64,000 nucleotides of DNA from assembly GCA_965216565.1 (NCBI GenBank), contig OZ244170.1, positions 2,432,001 through 2,496,000 of the forward strand. Direction: 5' to 3'. This DNA is from Bythopirellula sp. (GTDB lineage: Bacteria; Planctomycetota; Planctomycetia; Pirellulales; Lacipirellulaceae). Shown here piece by piece: positions 38,809 through 49,703 of this stretch; within the stretch, counting starts at the first letter, position 1; each line of letters opens with the position of its first letter. Below the pieces are notes generated by a model that made no database searches, was not told where the DNA came from, and worked only from the letters and a program-made list of their open reading frames with translations. A program made the position numbers and the translations under genes.

Positions 38809-41800
38809 CTAACGATTGCCTGCTTTAGGAGGAGTAGTACGCAAACCTCGCTGTGCTTGTCGCGGGCTTGTCACGCCTCCGGATGCTTCCAAATCGGACT
38901 GGATTTGTTCGATCAGCTTGTTGACCATTGGAAAGGCTTGGGTGTGAATCTGAGGATCGGACAACGTACCATCGACATACATTTGCCAAGTGGATTGGCC
39001 AATTTGATTGACAAAATTCTTGAGCAGCGGAACCCGAATCTCATTGCGGCCAACGATTCCGTAGAATGCTAAATTCAAATCATGATCAAAGTTAGTCTCG
39101 CCTTTGCCGAAGAAGCTAACCGCATCCCCTAAGAAATCGAGTTGGTCGAGATAGATATGCCTACCACGAATTCGGAATCTCATGTCACTTTGGTTGAACG
39201 CGGTCGAGTCGGGTGAGCTGTTCCGCAACACTTTGAGGAGTCCCACTAACAAGGGTAGCTCATAAATTTCAGCGTCGGTTACATGCACATCGCCATCGGC
39301 TTCCATGTTCTCCAGCTGTCGACCATGCCCTCTTAATACGACATTGGCTGCAACTTTACCTTTGAAGTCCGTGGCGCTTTGAAAACGCTCTGTCATTATG
39401 CGAGACAAGTCCGCGGTGGCCAGTGTCGCCTCCGCGCCATACCGGGGCAATCCATTAAACGTTACCCAGGCGTCGCCCACCAGGAACCCATCGTAGACCT
39501 TCGCACTCACTCTGCGAGGGGCCTGCCCCTGTTGCGTGACTGCCCACTTCCCTAGCCGGCAACTCTTTTCATCGGCCCAGAAAGGCCCACGAATATCTGT
39601 GAATTGCACACCCTGAAAAGTAGCCGTGTCGATTTCCAAATCGCCAGAACTATAACACTTGCCTCCCTGACAAGCTCCTCTCAAACGCACGCTACCGTAG
39701 ATGTTCTTCAGGTCGATACCCAACTGCAAGTCCGTTTGGTGACAATCGAGTTGTACGTCCCATTGGGATTCGATCGGAGCCGCGACACCTGCCGACTTCG
39801 AAAAGTTGAGAGTCGAATTCTCAAGAGCGAAACTTCCCGTTGGCTTCATCTGATCGATCAATTTCTGTAGCGTTAGGGGAAGGGCACCCATCAACTCGCG
39901 GCGCGTCGTCAGCCGGTCAGCCGCCAGACCTTCTAGCTTCAGACTCCAGCTTCCGTCGTCGGCAAAGTGGCCACTGCCATTGGTGCGTATCGTCGTACGT
40001 CCATGCCTGGCGCGAAGCCCTGCAATATTCACCTGGCCTTGTTCATAGGAGACGGTTCCTTCCAACTTTTCCATTAGATAGGGGAAAAATGCAGGTTCGA
40101 TGGAGGCCGAGTCTGTGCGAGGCCGAACCGCGACACGAATCGCAGGTTTGGCGTAGCCGGTCAAATGGTAGAGGTCGGCGGTCAGGTCAACTTGGCCACG
40201 TGGACGTAATTGATCCCACGCTTTCGCAACACCATCGGGTACGGCTTTTCGCAAGTCGGCATCGAGGGGGATCTCGCCACCGATAAAGCTCAGCCTCAAT
40301 TCTTTGCCTCGGGGGGTCGGCTTCAAGGAACCAGAGCACTGCACATTGCGAGACCCGCCAGAGACCAAATCGCGAAACGTCCAGTGGTCGTTCTCCGCAA
40401 AAATGAAACCCCTGATACCACTGAGTGGATAAGGGAACTTGTCGTAGTTGATCCGCCCTTCGATCAATTCTAGTTCTAACGACTTCTCGAATCGTGGCTG
40501 TCCTGCGATCTCGCGTTTCATGTGCCAATGCACATTCACATTGCCCTCGGGATGGAGAGACTCGATCACACGGCGAGTCTTCTCAGGAAGAGCGGCGATC
40601 ATCCGCTTTTCGATCTTCACATTCTGGCCAGAAATATCGATCCAACCCCGGGCCAGCGGGGCGGGGTCAAACACCTGGCCGCGAATTTTCAACGGTCGGC
40701 CCCCACCTTTGGCGACTAGATCGATGTCCAGTTGGGCCGGCTTGCCATCATTGAATGAGTGATAAGTCATCGTTCCCGAACCGTCGGAAACCCGATAGCG
40801 AAACTTATCGGACTCAAAGGCCAGATCGCGACCCATTAGCGTCGCCCGTGGAAGCCAGCGCTGTCCGTCATAGGTGAGCTGCAATTGGGCATCCACCACC
40901 CCTGCGGGCTGATACTTGTCCCATTGATTGCGGATAAGCGGAGGCAGGACGTTGTAGAGCTTCTTGTCCAGTGGCAGCGATTCTACTTGGGCAACTAATG
41001 CCAGCGGTGCCGCCGCTACCCAGCCATTTCGTTCCAGGGAAAGCATTAAGCTGGCCGAACCACAATTCCCCTGCAGCGATTCCACTTTCAGGCGGTTCTT
41101 CTCGCATTTGATCGTGCCGGCAAGATCGGTCACGGGGCGAGGCAATCGTGGGTCTTCCAAGCGTCCCTGCAATAGCTGGCACACCGCATCGATCTTGGGG
41201 GCACTAGCCAAGCCTAAGCGATGTTCAACCTCGAAGTGACCGTTGATAACCCCCCGCATGACGCTTGGGCCAGACCAATTTCCTGCATAAGCAGTGGCCC
41301 ACGCGATTAAGTCGGCATCAAGCTTGAGCTGATGAATATCGCCGGTCAGTTGAATCGTGCCTTGGGCAAGATTAACACTCGCCTTGAGCTCTGCTCGTTC
41401 CAAACTTGGACCGCTCAGCATGCCACCGATGCGAAACACGTCAGGAGTGGTGCATTCGCGGTGGCCGCTAATCGTAAAATTTACGTCGCGAAGCGTCAAA
41501 GGCTGCAATTCGCGTCGCTGCTCGTCGGTAAGGGTCAGCTGAGCGTCTTGGATAACCACCTGGGGGCGATGTTCGCAAGGTTTGGGTAGAGGCAATAGTG
41601 ATTCAAGGTTCCATCGACCGTCTGTCTGTTTCCTGACAAACAAGTGTGGATGCTTGACGATCACCCGTTCAACATCAGGAGCACCTTGTACTAGCTGGGC
41701 CAGTTCGACATTGCAAACTAGCATGATCTCGTCGACCAGAAGCAGGTTGTCTTGCAGCTGATTCTCCGAGGTTTCGGAGATCGTCAGATCATAGATAGCG

Positions 41801-41973
41801 ATGCCGCGACCTTCGACTAATCGGGCTCCGCCGATGCTGCCGTTGAGTTGAGGAAACTGCTCGGCCAGCATCTGTTCCGCCAGCAGACGAATCTCGTCGT
41901 TGACGCGAGTAAAAAGGTAGACACCGATCGTCACCGCCGCAACCAGTGCCAAGGTCACGCCGATTTTAAACAC
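38809..41973 (-). CDS. AsmA-like / repeating beta-groove membrane-anchored protein
   Basis: N-terminal TM anchor, DGRWNL motif, long beta-rich body and AsmA-like C-terminus (VDGTLSDPQI). Confidence 0.7.
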   Translation of the reverse strand: MFKIGVTLALVAAVTIGVYLFTRVNDEIRLLAEQMLAEQFPQLNGSIGGARLVEGRGIAIYDLTISETSENQLQDNLLLVDEIMLVCNVELAQLVQGAPDVERVIVKHPHLFVRKQTDGRWNLESLLPLPKPCEHRPQVVIQDAQLTLTDEQRRELQPLTLRDVNFTISGHRECTTPDVFRIGGMLSGPSLERAELKASVNLAQGTIQLTGDIHQLKLDADLIAWATAYAGNWSGPSVMRGVINGHFEVEHRLGLASAPKIDAVCQLLQGRLEDPRLPRPVTDLAGTIKCEKNRLKVESLQGNCGSASLMLSLERNGWVAAAPLALVAQVESLPLDKKLYNVLPPLIRNQWDKYQPAGVVDAQLQLTYDGQRWLPRATLMGRDLAFESDKFRYRVSDGSGTMTYHSFNDGKPAQLDIDLVAKGGGRPLKIRGQVFDPAPLARGWIDISGQNVKIEKRMIAALPEKTRRVIESLHPEGNVNVHWHMKREIAGQPRFEKSLELELIEGRINYDKFPYPLSGIRGFIFAENDHWTFRDLVSGGSRNVQCSGSLKPTPRGKELRLSFIGGEIPLDADLRKAVPDGVAKAWDQLRPRGQVDLTADLYHLTGYAKPAIRVAVRPRTDSASIEPAFFPYLMEKLEGTVSYEQGQVNIAGLRARHGRTTIRTNGSGHFADDGSWSLKLEGLAADRLTTRRELMGALPLTLQKLIDQMKPTGSFALENSTLNFSKSAGVAAPIESQWDVQLDCHQTDLQLGIDLKNIYGSVRLRGACQGGKCYSSGDLEIDTATFQGVQFTDIRGPFWADEKSCRLGKWAVTQQGQAPRRVSAKVYDGFLVGDAWVTFNGLPRYGAEATLATADLSRIMTERFQSATDFKGKVAANVVLRGHGRQLENMEADGDVHVTDAEIYELPLLVGLLKVLRNSSPDSTAFNQSDMRFRIRGRHIYLDQLDFLGDAVSFFGKGETNFDHDLNLAFYGIVGRNEIRVPLLKNFVNQIGQSTWQMYVDGTLSDPQIHTQAFPMVNKLIEQIQSDLEASGGVTSPRQAQRGLRTTPPKAGNR

Positions 41974-42348
41974 AAACCAGCAGCAGTTAATCAGCCGACT
42001 AATAATGGGCTTCCTATATCTGTTTTACGGAATCTGCGCGAAGCGGGCGCTAGGGCAGTTATCTGGCCCGCTCCGCCTTCTGCAGCTTTCCACAATTACG
42101 CAATTTGGAAGCGGAATCGTAGTGGTCAGCCCCTGCGGTAGCAAGACAAACCTGGTGCTAGCGGTACCGATGGAACCGGATGGGATCTCCCCTGAAACAA
42201 AGGCCAAGTCGGCCTCCGCTGGCGAGGTTCTCAGCTAAATCGCTCTCTAGGTGATAGCACCATAGAGAGCTGAAGTGGAATCAGCGGGAAACTATGGCCA
42301 GCGGCGGCCATTCCAGCGTTGAGTTTGGAGTGATCCACTTCACGTCTT

Positions 42349-42424
42349 GGATGGCCAGGGGCGAGTGTAACGAGTCCCCAGACTGCTCAGACTGGGGACT
42401 CACTTCGTTCAACCCAAGCCACCC
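42349..42424. repeat. REPIN-like inverted element (GGGTGGC-type ends)
   Basis: Arms GGATGGCCAGGGG...GAGTCCCCAG and CTGGGGACTC...CCCAAGCCACCC are imperfect inverted repeats. Confidence 0.6.
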
Positions 42425-42556
42425 GCATTGAGACCTTGGCCCCGCATAGTGAACCAGCACCATTTGGTGTAATTTCTTGTCCCCAATCGTCTACTCTGCT
42501 AGTATGAAGATTCGACCGAGAGCTTAAGCACCGAAACCACGAGTTAGAACTAATCC

Positions 42557-42632
42557 AAAAAGCCGCCACGAACCAACTCACACTGCAACCTTTCGGGTTG
42601 TCGTTTGTGAGCGATTCGTGGCGGCTTTTTTT
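42557..42632 (+). terminator. Long intrinsic-terminator-like hairpin in the leader of the PEP-CTERM hydrolase gene
   Basis: AAAAAGCCGCCACGAA...TTCGTGGCGGCTTTTTTT, with inner CTCACA/TGTGAG and CAACC-TTTCG-GGTTG stems. Confidence 0.7.
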
Positions 42633-42692
42633 GTGTCTAGAAATTGATGTTCAGAGAGCAAGCTTCTCTGGACGAGGAGACCCCATTCTATT

Positions 42693-43601
42693 TTGAAGAG
42701 AACTGCCATCTACAAATCGACGATCATTTGTTGCTGTCTTGTCTTTGGCATGCTTCATACGCCGTCTTATGCAGCAAGCGTCAGAGAATTTAGGGACTTC
42801 AGTACCCCATTTCTGCCAGGGCGGCTGCATGTCCCGATTGCTGAGGCAGATCCAAACAATCCGCGTCCTTTGATACTCTTTCTTCACGGATTGGGAGAGA
42901 CCGGTAGCAACAACGTTAGTCAAATCGGCAACAACATCAACAATCTGCTGACTGGCGCAAAAATCAACAACGCGTATCTCTATGCCCCGCAAGCTACGAC
43001 CGCAACTTGGAGTTCGTCCCATCGTACATCGTTGGTCATGACAATGATCGATCGCGCAATCGCTGAACACAACGTCGATGAAGAGCGAATCTATGTAACG
43101 GGCCTATCGATGGGGGGCGGGGGGACCTGGAATATGCTCAATCGGTTCTCGGATCGTTTTGCTGCGGGTGTGCCCATTGCCGGGATCAGTCCTGCTTCAG
43201 ATTTTCTGCCCGACAACTTGGTTGAAACACCCATTTGGGCCTTTCATGCTCGAAATGACAACGTTGTTAATAAAAGCAGCAGCCGATCTACCGTAAACAA
43301 CATCTTGCGTGCCGCCGGTGAGCCTTTTCCCCAGTATCCGCCGAGCAACAACAACAGCACAACGTTGGAATTCAGTAGTAGCGCACTTGACCTTAGGTAC
43401 ACCGAATGGCCAACCGGCGGCCATGGCATTTGGAGCCGAGTGTATAACACCAATGCGATGTACGACTGGCTGTTTTCACAGTCCATCGAAACGGGTGTAC
43501 CTGAGCCATCCTCTAGCGTCCTGCTAGTATCCCTGACAGTGTTTGCGACATTCTTCCGCCAGGGTCGCGGCAATCGCAGTGGAATTACCTGCTGCCCCTA
43601 A
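42693..43601 (+). CDS. Secreted alpha/beta hydrolase (esterase/peptidase) with PEP-CTERM
   Basis: PLILFLHGLGE, RIYVTGLSMGG (GxSxG), WAFHARND, GGHGIW; VPEP. Confidence 0.85.
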   Translation: MKRTAIYKSTIICCCLVFGMLHTPSYAASVREFRDFSTPFLPGRLHVPIAEADPNNPRPLILFLHGLGETGSNNVSQIGNNINNLLTGAKINNAYLYAPQATTATWSSSHRTSLVMTMIDRAIAEHNVDEERIYVTGLSMGGGGTWNMLNRFSDRFAAGVPIAGISPASDFLPDNLVETPIWAFHARNDNVVNKSSSRSTVNNILRAAGEPFPQYPPSNNNSTTLEFSSSALDLRYTEWPTGGHGIWSRVYNTNAMYDWLFSQSIETGVPEPSSSVLLVSLTVFATFFRQGRGNRSGITCCP

Positions 43602-44605
43602 CTCCAGCTCAATGCCAATCGGCCCTCGAGCATTTCAGCACGAATATTTCCAGGCAGATTTAAGACTTCTGGATTCGTACCGAGTTGGGCTAGTCGTCGC
43701 CACCATTCGAATGTCATCGCTTGTTCGGGAAGATCTGCATCTCGCCATACCATTCGCAGTGCTTCGCAAACGATCACTGAGGATTGGTCGTTCCAAGGCT
43801 CACAATCCATTGAAACAGCTTGTGCGCCATGCTTCACGTCGCATCGCCGAAGCAGCTCTTGAGCCTGTTGTTCAACGACTTTGTGCGAATCCTGGGACTG
43901 AGATGCCAGCCTAAGCAAGACCGCATTGATTTCCTGATTGTACTGTTCTCGCAACAAAGGCAGCAGTTCGTGCCGAATGCGATTGCGGGTAAACTGGTCG
44001 CTGAAATTGCTTTGATCCGTGCAAAATGGCTGCTGAAGGCTCTCTAAATATGATTCTATCTCAACGCGTCTACAACTTAGTAGAGGACGCACCACCGTGA
44101 GACTAGGCGTCAGCGGGCGTGAGGCAGGAATGCCACTTAGTCCACGTAGTCCCGATCCGCGCAGAATCCGCATCAGCACAGTCTCGACCTGATCGTCCTC
44201 GGTGTGGGCGGTTACCAGATACCTGGCCCCTCGATCCTCAGCAGCAGTGGTGAGCAATTGGTAGCGTTGCGAACGAGCTGCCGCCTCGATGCCATCTCGC
44301 ACGGCTTCCGATTCGCCTAGTGTATCGGCATGGAGAATGCTCAGAGGTACCTCGAGCTCTTGGCAAAACTCCGCACACCAGTTCTCGTCGGCCTTTGATC
44401 GTTCACCGCGCAGATTGTGATTGACATGGGCCGCACTTACGATCCCTCTTCCGCCTGATTGTTTCTTGAGCTCTACCAACCCTCGCAATAACGCCACGCT
44501 ATCGGCACCACCAGATAGCGCAATAGTTACATGGACGTTTCGCCACATCTCGACAGGCCAACAATCCGCGAGATGCTGCAGCAGAGAATGCGAATTGTTT
44601 ACCAC
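43598..44605 (-). CDS. tilS: tRNA(Ile)-lysidine synthetase
   Basis: ALSGGADS, HVNHNLRG, EAAARSQRY, TAHTEDDQVET, RPLL, RNRIRH. Confidence 0.95.
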   Translation of the reverse strand: MVNNSHSLLQHLADCWPVEMWRNVHVTIALSGGADSVALLRGLVELKKQSGGRGIVSAAHVNHNLRGERSKADENWCAEFCQELEVPLSILHADTLGESEAVRDGIEAAARSQRYQLLTTAAEDRGARYLVTAHTEDDQVETVLMRILRGSGLRGLSGIPASRPLTPSLTVVRPLLSCRRVEIESYLESLQQPFCTDQSNFSDQFTRNRIRHELLPLLREQYNQEINAVLLRLASQSQDSHKVVEQQAQELLRRCDVKHGAQAVSMDCEPWNDQSSVIVCEALRMVWRDADLPEQAMTFEWWRRLAQLGTNPEVLNLPGNIRAEMLEGRLALSWS

Positions 44606-45526
44606 GGTTAGGTCAACTATGTGAAATGTGGGCTCTGGGAGAATTTACCCATGGAAGTTGTTAGCCAATGCCACCGCATATTCTATGCAATCTGCCTTCT
44701 GAAGCTCTCTGCAGAATAGATGTAAAGTCAATGCTCAGTTCGGGTTGTAGGTTCCGGCGGTTTTGATACCATAGATAATCGCAAGGGAATTGGCTGCTGC
44801 CTCATCCTAATGGATATTGTCAGCGCGGCTAATCTATCCCTGGCGTATTCCTCCCCATTAAATTTAGAGACTACGTGACTCGTTACCAGGGTGCCAATAA
44901 TGGCAACTTGCACGAGAGCACCGTGTGATACGTGTTTGTTGCCGAGCGATCGCTATCGAAAACTCGGTTGAATTGTGGGTATTCGGATATTCAACAATGA
45001 TAATCGTTTGGTTAGCTCTGTTTTTTGCCATGGCGAGGTGCCTGCTTGGCGGGGTTGGGCTGTCGGCCTGCCGCCGCTTAGTGACTCCGTCTGCCAAAGA
45101 ACGTACTGTTGATGACTTCCGAATAAGTAGTGCCGTCCAAGAATGGCTACGATTGTTACGCTTTCCAGACATCCCGTTGATGGTTACCAGAACTTTCGTA
45201 GTCAAGCATTGGTGGACTTCCGGTGCCGCTTGCAGCGTTGTCCATCGAGATCGATCTAGAATGAGTTGGCCGTTGGCCAAGATTGACTAGTTCGTTCCTC
45301 GGATTAAGCCACTTCGCGACCAAGAATGTTGCTCACCACTCACGTACCATGCGTTTGGTGTCGTCTGCAGATATCAGACATGCCTATCGCTCTCTCGGCC
45401 GGTTGCCGCAAACGCTCTGCTGTGACCAGGGTTTCGTCACTTCGCGAGAATTATCGCGGCCCTAAATCGACGAGTCCGTAGACCTATATATAAAGTTTAC
45501 GCAATCGCCTACCGGGAGGATTCCCC

Positions 45527-47125
45527 ATGGGATCGTCGATCTCGCTATATTCGGCCGCCACCGTTCTGCTGGCGGATCTTGGTTTTCTGGAGTTCTCATT
45601 CATCGTGGTCGCAACACTTGCGGGTATGGTCGCAGTGAAAGGCTTGGACCGACTTCGCCGACGCGATGCCGAGAAAGAGGCAGCGCGCATCGTTGAAAAT
45701 GCAGAAAAAGAGATTGCGGCAAAGCGAAAAGAGTCTGCCGTGGAGGCCAAAGAATTGGCACTAAAGGAAAAGGACCGCCTCGAACGAGAAAACAACGAAA
45801 TTCGACAACAATTGCACGAGCGAGAGCGACAACTCGACAAAACCGAAGATGCCGTCAGTCAGCGGAGCGACCAGCTTGAAAAGCAGGAAAAAATGGTCGA
45901 AAACAACCAACGCCGGTTGGCCGAAAAGCTTGAAGACGCCAATCGACGGCAAAAGGAACTTGATGACTTGCTCGATCTCGAGCGGCAAACCATGCACCAA
46001 CTTAGCGGCCTGAGCCCGCAAGACGCCGAGACGAAGCTATTGGAGCGATTAGAGAAAGAACTTGTCAAAGAGCAAGGTGCTCTCATTCTGAAGCACGAGA
46101 AGCAAATCGCCGAGCAATGCGATGCCAAAGCCAAGGAAATGCTCATCACTTCCGTTCAACGCTTTTCGGCGGCTCACACGGCGGAATCAACCACCAGTAC
46201 CGTCGATATTCCCAACGACGAGATGAAAGGACGCATTATCGGTCGCGAAGGACGAAATATTCGCTCCCTCGAGAAGGCGACCGGCGTCGACGTCATCATT
46301 GATGACACACCTGGCGTCGTGATCGTGAGCGCCTTCGACCCGATTCGGCGTGAGATCGCTCGAATTTCCTTGAATAAGCTCATTGCCGATGGCAGGATCC
46401 ATCCCTCGCGAATCGAAGAACTAGTTGCTGAGACAGAAAAAGAAGTCGAGAAAGAGATTCGCAAGCATGGCGAAGAGGCCATGCAAGAGGCACAGGTTTT
46501 TGGCCTGCACCAACGTGTTGTCGAGTTGCTAGGCCGGCTGAAGTATCGCACCAGTTATAGCCAGAACGTCCTGCGGCACTCGATTGAGGTGGCCTTTATT
46601 ACCAGTATGATCGCTGAGGAAATGGGTCTCGATGGTGAATTGGCACGACGGGCCGGTTTGTTGCACGATATTGGTAAGGCGGCTGACCACGATCTTGAAG
46701 GGGGTCACCCGAAAATCGGGGCCGATCTGTTGAAACGGTTCGGCGAAGGCCCCGAAGTGGTTCATGCCGCCCTGGGCCATCACGATGATATTCGTCCCGA
46801 GATGCCATATACTGTGATTTGTGCGGCTGCAGACGCTTGTAGCGCTTCGCGGCCTGGGGCTCGTCGCGAAACACTCGACCGCTATATCAAGCGAATGCAG
46901 GAGCTGGAATCGATTGCCTCTGGATTTGATGGCGTTCAACAGGCCTTTGCTATTCAGGCGGGTCGAGAGGTTCGCGTCATTGCCAGCTCGCATAACACCA
47001 CTGACGAATCCTCGGCAAAAATTTGTCGCGACATCGCCCGAGCATTCGAAGAGCAACTAACCTATCCGGGTGAGATCAAAGTAACCTTGATTCGCGAAAC
47101 GCGCGTCACCGAGACCGCTCACTAA
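45527..47125 (+). CDS. rny: Ribonuclease Y
   Basis: TM anchor, coiled coil, KH domain ([14 protein letters not shown]), HD domain (LLHDIGK), [20 protein letters not shown]. Confidence 0.97.
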   Translation: MGSSISLYSAATVLLADLGFLEFSFIVVATLAGMVAVKGLDRLRRRDAEKEAARIVENAEKEIAAKRKESAVEAKELALKEKDRLERENNEIRQQLHERERQLDKTEDAVSQRSDQLEKQEKMVENNQRRLAEKLEDANRRQKELDDLLDLERQTMHQLSGLSPQDAETKLLERLEKELVKEQGALILKHEKQIAEQCDAKAKEMLITSVQRFSAAHTAESTTSTVDIPNDEMKGRIIGREGRNIRSLEKATGVDVIIDDTPGVVIVSAFDPIRREIARISLNKLIADGRIHPSRIEELVAETEKEVEKEIRKHGEEAMQEAQVFGLHQRVVELLGRLKYRTSYSQNVLRHSIEVAFITSMIAEEMGLDGELARRAGLLHDIGKAADHDLEGGHPKIGADLLKRFGEGPEVVHAALGHHDDIRPEMPYTVICAAADACSASRPGARRETLDRYIKRMQELESIASGFDGVQQAFAIQAGREVRVIASSHNTTDESSAKICRDIARAFEEQLTYPGEIKVTLIRETRVTETAH

Positions 47126-47175
47126 CTTTGGCTCCGTTTTCACCACTATGATTTCCAACTAGCTGCGTTGATTCT

Positions 47176-48012
47176 GTGAAACTACTGTTCATCGGCGATA
47201 TTGTTGGGCGACCCGGGCGAGACATCGTTGTCAGTGCTGTGCCGGGACTGAAAATCAAGCATCAACTCGATCTGGTGATCGCCAATGCGGAGAACGCGGC
47301 GGGGGGATCGGGGCTGACGCCGGATATCTACAAACAACTGGTCGCGGCGGGGGTCGATGCGATTACCTTGGGCGATCATGTCTATCGCCGTAAAGAAATC
47401 TATTCGGTGCTGCAGAATAAGGACAATATCGTCCGTCCCGCGAATCTCCCGGAGGAGGCGGTTGGCCGACAGTGGACTTTGGTCTACGGGAAATGCGGCA
47501 CGCCGGTGGCGATTTTTTGCCTGTTGGGGCAGCTCTATATGAAGCCGATCGATAGTCCCTTTTTGGCAGCTGATCGGGTGGTTGCGGAGATTCCTTCGGA
47601 AGTGAAGGTCCGATTCCTCGATTTTCACGCCGAAGCCACTAGCGAAGCCCAACTGGTGGGGCGGCATTTGGACGGCAAAGTCTCTGCGGTTCTGGGAACG
47701 CATACGCATGTGCCCACGGCGGATGAGTGTATTTTGCCGGGGGGCACGGCTTTTCAATGCGATGTCGGTATGACCGGTCCGTTTGAGAGCATCATCGGTC
47801 GCCGGGTCGATCGGGTCCTCGAAACCCGGCTCACGGCCAATCCCACGCAGTTCGAGGTCGCCCTTCAAGACGTCCGCATCAGTGGGACGATCGTAGAAAT
47901 CGACGTCGAAACTGGCCAGGCCCTACGAATCGAGCGGATTTGCGTCCGCGAGGACGAAATCGAAGATCTTGTGTCGCTCGCTGCTAGCGACACTACATCT
48001 TGTGGAAATTGA
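47176..48012 (+). CDS. YmdB/TIGR00282 metallophosphoesterase
   Basis: FIGDIVGRPG, NAENAAGG, DFHAEATSE, GTHTHV, DVGMTGP; rny-ymdB synteny. Confidence 0.92.
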   Translation: MKLLFIGDIVGRPGRDIVVSAVPGLKIKHQLDLVIANAENAAGGSGLTPDIYKQLVAAGVDAITLGDHVYRRKEIYSVLQNKDNIVRPANLPEEAVGRQWTLVYGKCGTPVAIFCLLGQLYMKPIDSPFLAADRVVAEIPSEVKVRFLDFHAEATSEAQLVGRHLDGKVSAVLGTHTHVPTADECILPGGTAFQCDVGMTGPFESIIGRRVDRVLETRLTANPTQFEVALQDVRISGTIVEIDVETGQALRIERICVREDEIEDLVSLAASDTTSCGN

Positions 48013-48074
48013 ATTCGCCTTGCCGCGTTTTTTGCAATTAGCTACCGTTCGCCGCACTTTTCGAGGGACTTCGT

Positions 48075-48551
48075 GTGACTTCGCCACCGTTGGAAAGTCG
48101 GCCTAACCAACCGGCGACGAACCAAGCGGACCGTCGGGCGAGCGTTTCGCCAGGTATGCGGATTGCCTTGGGATGTGCGGCAGTGGGCGCCGTCCTACTG
48201 TTGGCGACGGCTCGCACTTTGGAGCCCGACCCACGTGGTTACGGCACGCACGAACAGTTGGGACTTTCCCCCTGTTTGTTCCAAACGTGGACCGGTTACG
48301 ATTGTCCCGCCTGCGGGGCAACCACTGCTTGGGCGTACGCAACGCGGGGACAAATGCGGGCAGCGTTTGCCGCCAACGGCGGTGGAACTTTGCTGGCACT
48401 CGCGGTGCCAATTGTTGCTTGTTGGTTGCTGGTAGTTGTAGCAAAAGGACAGTGGCTGATTGTTCGGCCAACGTTGCCGATGGTGCTCACCATAGGCACG
48501 GCCATGATGGTCGTACTCCTGGTGGACTGGTGCCGGCGAATGCTGTTGTGA
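48075..48551 (+). CDS. DUF2752 membrane protein
   Basis: GTHEQLGLSPC...CPACGATT motif and three TM segments. Confidence 0.8.
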   Translation: MTSPPLESRPNQPATNQADRRASVSPGMRIALGCAAVGAVLLLATARTLEPDPRGYGTHEQLGLSPCLFQTWTGYDCPACGATTAWAYATRGQMRAAFAANGGGTLLALAVPIVACWLLVVVAKGQWLIVRPTLPMVLTIGTAMMVVLLVDWCRRMLL

Positions 48552-48656
48552 TTTGGGATTTCGGATCGGGCAGTGCTCAACACTGCATTAGATTCTAATC
48601 TAAGACAACGGCCTACCAAAAATTAGACGCTAAAACTTTTTTGAAATAAGGGAAGA

Positions 48657-49325
48657 ATGATGGATCGCTCTCCCAGCATGACTCGTACTTTTTCGCTCTT
48701 GGTTGTGATGACTATCCTGTTGGGCTCGTCCACCGGATGTTTGCACTCCATCCTGGCCACCGGCATTTACCTCTGGCAAGGTGGCGATGTTGTTCCTGCT
48801 CAGTGCGATGCTTTGGAAGGCGAGCGTGTGGTGGTCATTTGCCGCCCGCCGTCGTCGCACGAATACCGTCATGCCGGCGCCGCCCGCGAAATCGGCAAGC
48901 GCGTCAGCTATCTGCTGCGAGAAAACGTGCCTCGCATCGATGTCGTGAGCCCCGACGAAGTCGACAACTGGATCGACGAACAAGACTGGGACAACTACAA
49001 AGATCTCGGCCGCGCGGTGAAAGCTACCCGAGTCGTGTACATCGAGTTGGACAATTTCGATTTATACAAAGGCTCGACCCTGTACCAAGGCGATGCGGAA
49101 GTCGTGATCAAAGTCTACGACATGGAAGACAAAGGCCACGAGGTCTTTGAGCGCAACGTCGGTCAGATCCTGTTCCCCCGAAACAGCGGTATCCCCGCTT
49201 CGGACAAGTCGATTCATCAGTTCCAAAGCCAATTTGTGAACGTCGTCTCAACACAGCTGGGCACGCTGTTTTACAAGCACGACCCGAATGCCTCCTTCGC
49301 GCTGGATGCGGTGGCGAATAGGTAG
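48657..49325 (+). CDS. Hypothetical lipoprotein
   Basis: Hydrophobic signal peptide with STGC lipobox. Confidence 0.7.
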   Translation: MMDRSPSMTRTFSLLVVMTILLGSSTGCLHSILATGIYLWQGGDVVPAQCDALEGERVVVICRPPSSHEYRHAGAAREIGKRVSYLLRENVPRIDVVSPDEVDNWIDEQDWDNYKDLGRAVKATRVVYIELDNFDLYKGSTLYQGDAEVVIKVYDMEDKGHEVFERNVGQILFPRNSGIPASDKSIHQFQSQFVNVVSTQLGTLFYKHDPNASFALDAVANR

Positions 49326-49326
49326 G

Positions 49327-49424
49327 GAGGCTTTGAGGCTTTGAGGCTTTGAGGCTTTGAGGCTTTGAGGCTTTGAGGCTGGAGGCTGGAGGCTGGAGGC
49401 TGGAGGCTGGAGGCTGGAGGCTTC
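49327..49424. repeat. Compound short tandem repeat (GAGGCTTT)x6 (GAGGCTG)x6 GAGGCTTC
   Basis: Read directly from the sequence, immediately after the stop at 49325. Confidence 0.95.
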
Positions 49425-49703
49425 GAGGTTGGGGGCTTCAACGTTCTTGGCTGTCCGCTGTTCGCTATTGGCTCTCAACATCACGACATAGTCATCCCGA
49501 GGTCTGCCGAGGGATCTGGTTGGCGCTCTCGCTAGGGTTGCCAAAGTCAGACTGCCGGCGCTGGCGACAGGCCGAAAGGTATGTGCCTTGATTGGTTTGT
49601 ACTGTATCAAGAGGTCTGGAATGATAACAAAATATTGCGGCTAATCATTCAGGCGGATGCCTAGTCAGATTCAGCAACAGTCGCCTTGAGCGGAGAAAAT
49701 CGA

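Noticed and set aside
44864..45290. Short ORFs upstream of rny
   Set aside because: Overlapping on both strands, no motifs and no clear RBS.
49248..49610. ORFs with LQPPASS/ASKPQSL or LEAGGWR repeats
   Set aside because: These are translations of the DNA tandem repeat; one overlaps a real gene in antisense.
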